Of a stretch of 64,000 bases of DNA, positions 61,274-64,000 are shown in pieces (within the stretch, counting starts at the first letter, position 1; the number at the start of each line of letters is the position of its first letter). This DNA comes from Lytechinus pictus (taxonomy: Eukaryota), in the NCBI RefSeq assembly GCF_037042905.1, contig NC_087247.1:15500001-15564000 (forward strand). The letters are read 5' to 3'. The translations under genes and the position numbers were made by a program. Below the pieces are notes generated by a model. It was not told where the DNA came from. It worked only from the letters and a program-made list of their open reading frames with translations, and did not search any database.

Positions 61274-61861
61274 GGCCGGTATTCTGAATTCTGGTTTAAT
61301 TCATATTCTGGTTTAAAGTTGTGGTTTAACTATGGAAAGCTGATCGTGATTGGAGCTGATTGGAGCGTTGTGGCCCAGTGGATTAGTCTTCGGACTTTGA
61401 AACAGAGGGTCGTGGGTTCGAATCCCAGCCATGGCGTAATTTCCTTCAGCAAGAAACTGATCCACAATGTGCTGCACTCAACCCAGGTGAGGTAAATGGG
61501 TACCGGTAGGAAGTTATTCCTCAAGAAGCTGTGTGCGCTATGAACGCCTAGCTTAGCCGGGTAATATAGGAGCGCCTTGAGCACCTAACAAGGTGAATAT
61601 GTGCGCAATATAAATACCCTATATTATTATTATTATTATAGTCTCTATCAGTACAGGTACGATTTATAAGCTCATCTCTTACGTCATTCATAACCGAAAA
61701 AGATCTGAATTGATTTTCTTCCTAATTGTAGCATGTAGAAAGAGCATGGTGGACATAAGAAACATGCAATGTTAACAAAATTGTGACATGTTTGGCTTTC
61801 CATAATTTTAGCAGAGAGTTAGGCTGTGGCCTAAATTAAACCAGACTTCAGAATATAAGCC
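61274..61861. mobile_element. MITE hosting a nested SINE
   Basis: ggccggtattctgaattctggtttaatt / aattaaaccagacttcagaatataagcc. Confidence 0.65.
61362..61640 (+). mobile_element. Full-length tRNA-derived SINE
   Basis: A box TGGCCCAGTGG, B box GGTTCGAATCC, central domain (ccttcagcaagaaact...cccaggtgaggtaaatgggtacc), (TAT)n tail; older relatives near 2450-2560 (+), 4300-4370 (-) and 13513-13670 (+). Confidence 0.9.
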
Positions 61862-64000
61862 ATTCCGACTTGCCTGCAAACAAGGTGAGCACATTATCCA
61901 CTCCCGAGGGAGCATTCCAGCAAGTTTCCAAACTCAATTGCAAGGAATACACATTGACTTTCACATCATATTTGGGTATTAATTTAATACCTATGTGGCT
62001 ATGTGGTTGCTAGATAAGAGTTATAAACAATTCCTCATGCTATTTCCACTGATACATTCCATGTCATGTGACATCTCCCTCATATTGAGATATTTCCCTT
62101 CTCATTATACCTGGGAGGCAATAAGTTTTCTCTACATGTCAGCAGTTAAGAAGACTTTGAATTATCTGTAAGAGTATTGCAGTCAACTGGTTTGAGTTGT
62201 TATTATCATTGTGATTCTACAAGACGAGTTGTTTTCACAATTCATTTATTGTGGAACTACTCATCTCATGAGCACTCCAAATCTGTGTGAGGTTAATGAC
62301 CTCTGCTATAAAATGATCAAATATCAAAGATTATAACATGCTCACATGTTGGATTTAATTTCATTGATGACTACGCATTAGCGTGCCTTATATCACCATG
62401 TACTTGCCAATATGGTGATGATTGTTTTATATTTCTAAACATATCCAAGATATTAAGTTTCTGTTTCTGTTTCTGTTTATGGTAACTCCCGTAGGAACTC
62501 GGCAGGACTGCGTTTTGCTGGTAAACGCCAAGCTGGTATATAACCAATTACCTAGGAAACAAAGTGTGACTTTTAAAGTTAAATATAACTCTTTGTTTGT
62601 GAAATACCTACCCCCCCCCTTCATTGCCTCATGAAATAACCTTTTAGAAAATCATTTTATTAGTCAGATATTATGAAGATCTGTTTCTTTGTGATGTTGA
62701 ATATGGCATCAGATATGATTGTTGATTGTATTTATCAATACATTTTTCTCTGTGGATGAATATTATATATATTTATAGATAGTTATATTTACCATGCTAT
62801 TTTGCTGCCACCAACTTGACTGTTTTATAACTTTTAACCATAATATCTGATTCAAGGGAAAATCCACTTTGTTGCATTGCAGTTTCACTTGCAAAGATTG
62901 CGGTCATCATGATGCACAATCGATGTGATGAATATAGGCAATTAGTCATGACAAGTATTTCAATGGGAATATCATTTGTAAAAAGTAATATGGAGTTATT
63001 TGGTTTTGGAAAGTTTTTAATTTTTTTGTTTTTAAAACATGAATACTATGATACATTGACATTGGTTATGAAAGTAATATTTCCCTCTTGCTATAACTAG
63101 AAAATTATGAATGTGTTCTTACATTTTTGAGAATATTCTCTGACACTGCTTTAAGGAAACACACTAGCGGCCTTCAAAACGAACTACCACAAAGTAAAAT
63201 ACTGTGAGTCATGTGCTTCTATTTGATGTGTAACTGCATGAATCCCCTTTTTTAGACGTTTTGATATATTTCATAAAGTATAGTCTGTGCAAAATCCAAA
63301 CCTTGTCTTTAGATGGAAGAACTTGTTTAATGATGAATAAATGAATGAAAACTCTCCATGAGAAGGGACTTTTTTACTCATGTATTCAGCAAATTTATGC
63401 ATGTTGAATATAGCTTTATGGTCACACTCAAAGGCTTGTCAGAGACTTTCTGACATACCACCAGGAGGTATACTTGCAAAGTACTTTGGTTTACAATAAA
63501 TAATGACGTAGTCAGTTATGTATAAGGTCTATATTTAACAAGATCATTGATAAACTTTGAAATACCGACGTTTGAAGAAGAATTCTGAGATATTGGCTCC
63601 CGACATCACAATCAACTTTGTTTGTTTACCACTTCCCTTCATATCGCTCTGTGATTGGTTACTAATTTTCTGTATTTTCTGAAGATTAACACGAATGACT
63701 GAAGTTTTATTTTAATTAAGACAAGAACAACTTTATTAGGAACTTTTATTGTGTATTTTGGAGTTGAAAATGGGTATGTAATCTATTTTTAACCTGTGTT
63801 TTATTATTGTTTGGCTGTAATTTCTTAATTGAATAAAATCTTGACACTTTTTGTAATTTTGATGATGTTAAAAGTATTTGTTGTGGTATTCTGATGACCA
63901 TTATGATTAACTTAAAGGGTTAAGTTCTGTCAGAAAATGAGTGGGGGAGAGAGAGAGAGAGAAGGATTAGGAAGATAGAGGGAGGGGGTGGGGGGAAGAA

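Noticed and set aside
61362-61436. tRNA gene
   Set aside because: No acceptor-stem pairing or oligo-T terminator; it continues into a SINE body and (TAT)n tail.

Overview
AT-rich eukaryotic DNA with spliceosomal GT-AG introns. The repeat landscape suggests a marine invertebrate deuterostome such as a sea urchin (inference). Two divergently oriented genes were reconstructed exon by exon with consistent splice phases. (1) Minus strand: an EF-hand protein resembling EFCAB12, 9 coding exons from 13418 down to 154 (593 codons), continuing off the left edge. (2) Plus strand: a complete 10-exon, 653-aa type I membrane protein (28751-57016) with signal peptide-CUB-CUB-LDLa-EGF-EGF-TM and a tail carrying two PPxY motifs and a C-terminal DTLV PDZ ligand. 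This is a NETO/SOL-2-like core plus two EGF modules. Introns and intergenic DNA are packed with non-autonomous DNA transposons: CWG-flanked Harbinger-like MITEs, TTAA Kolobok-like, TA-flanked Tc1/pogo, hAT, and a CCCAGG-ended element with a palindromic higher-order array. Also present are a 4.25-kb TIR element with a decayed, intron-containing pogo transposase, a Penelope-like insert with a minimal hammerhead ribozyme motif, tRNA-derived SINEs and two N-gaps. The palindrome TACATGTA is strongly over-represented. No CRISPR, rRNA or genuine tRNA genes were found.
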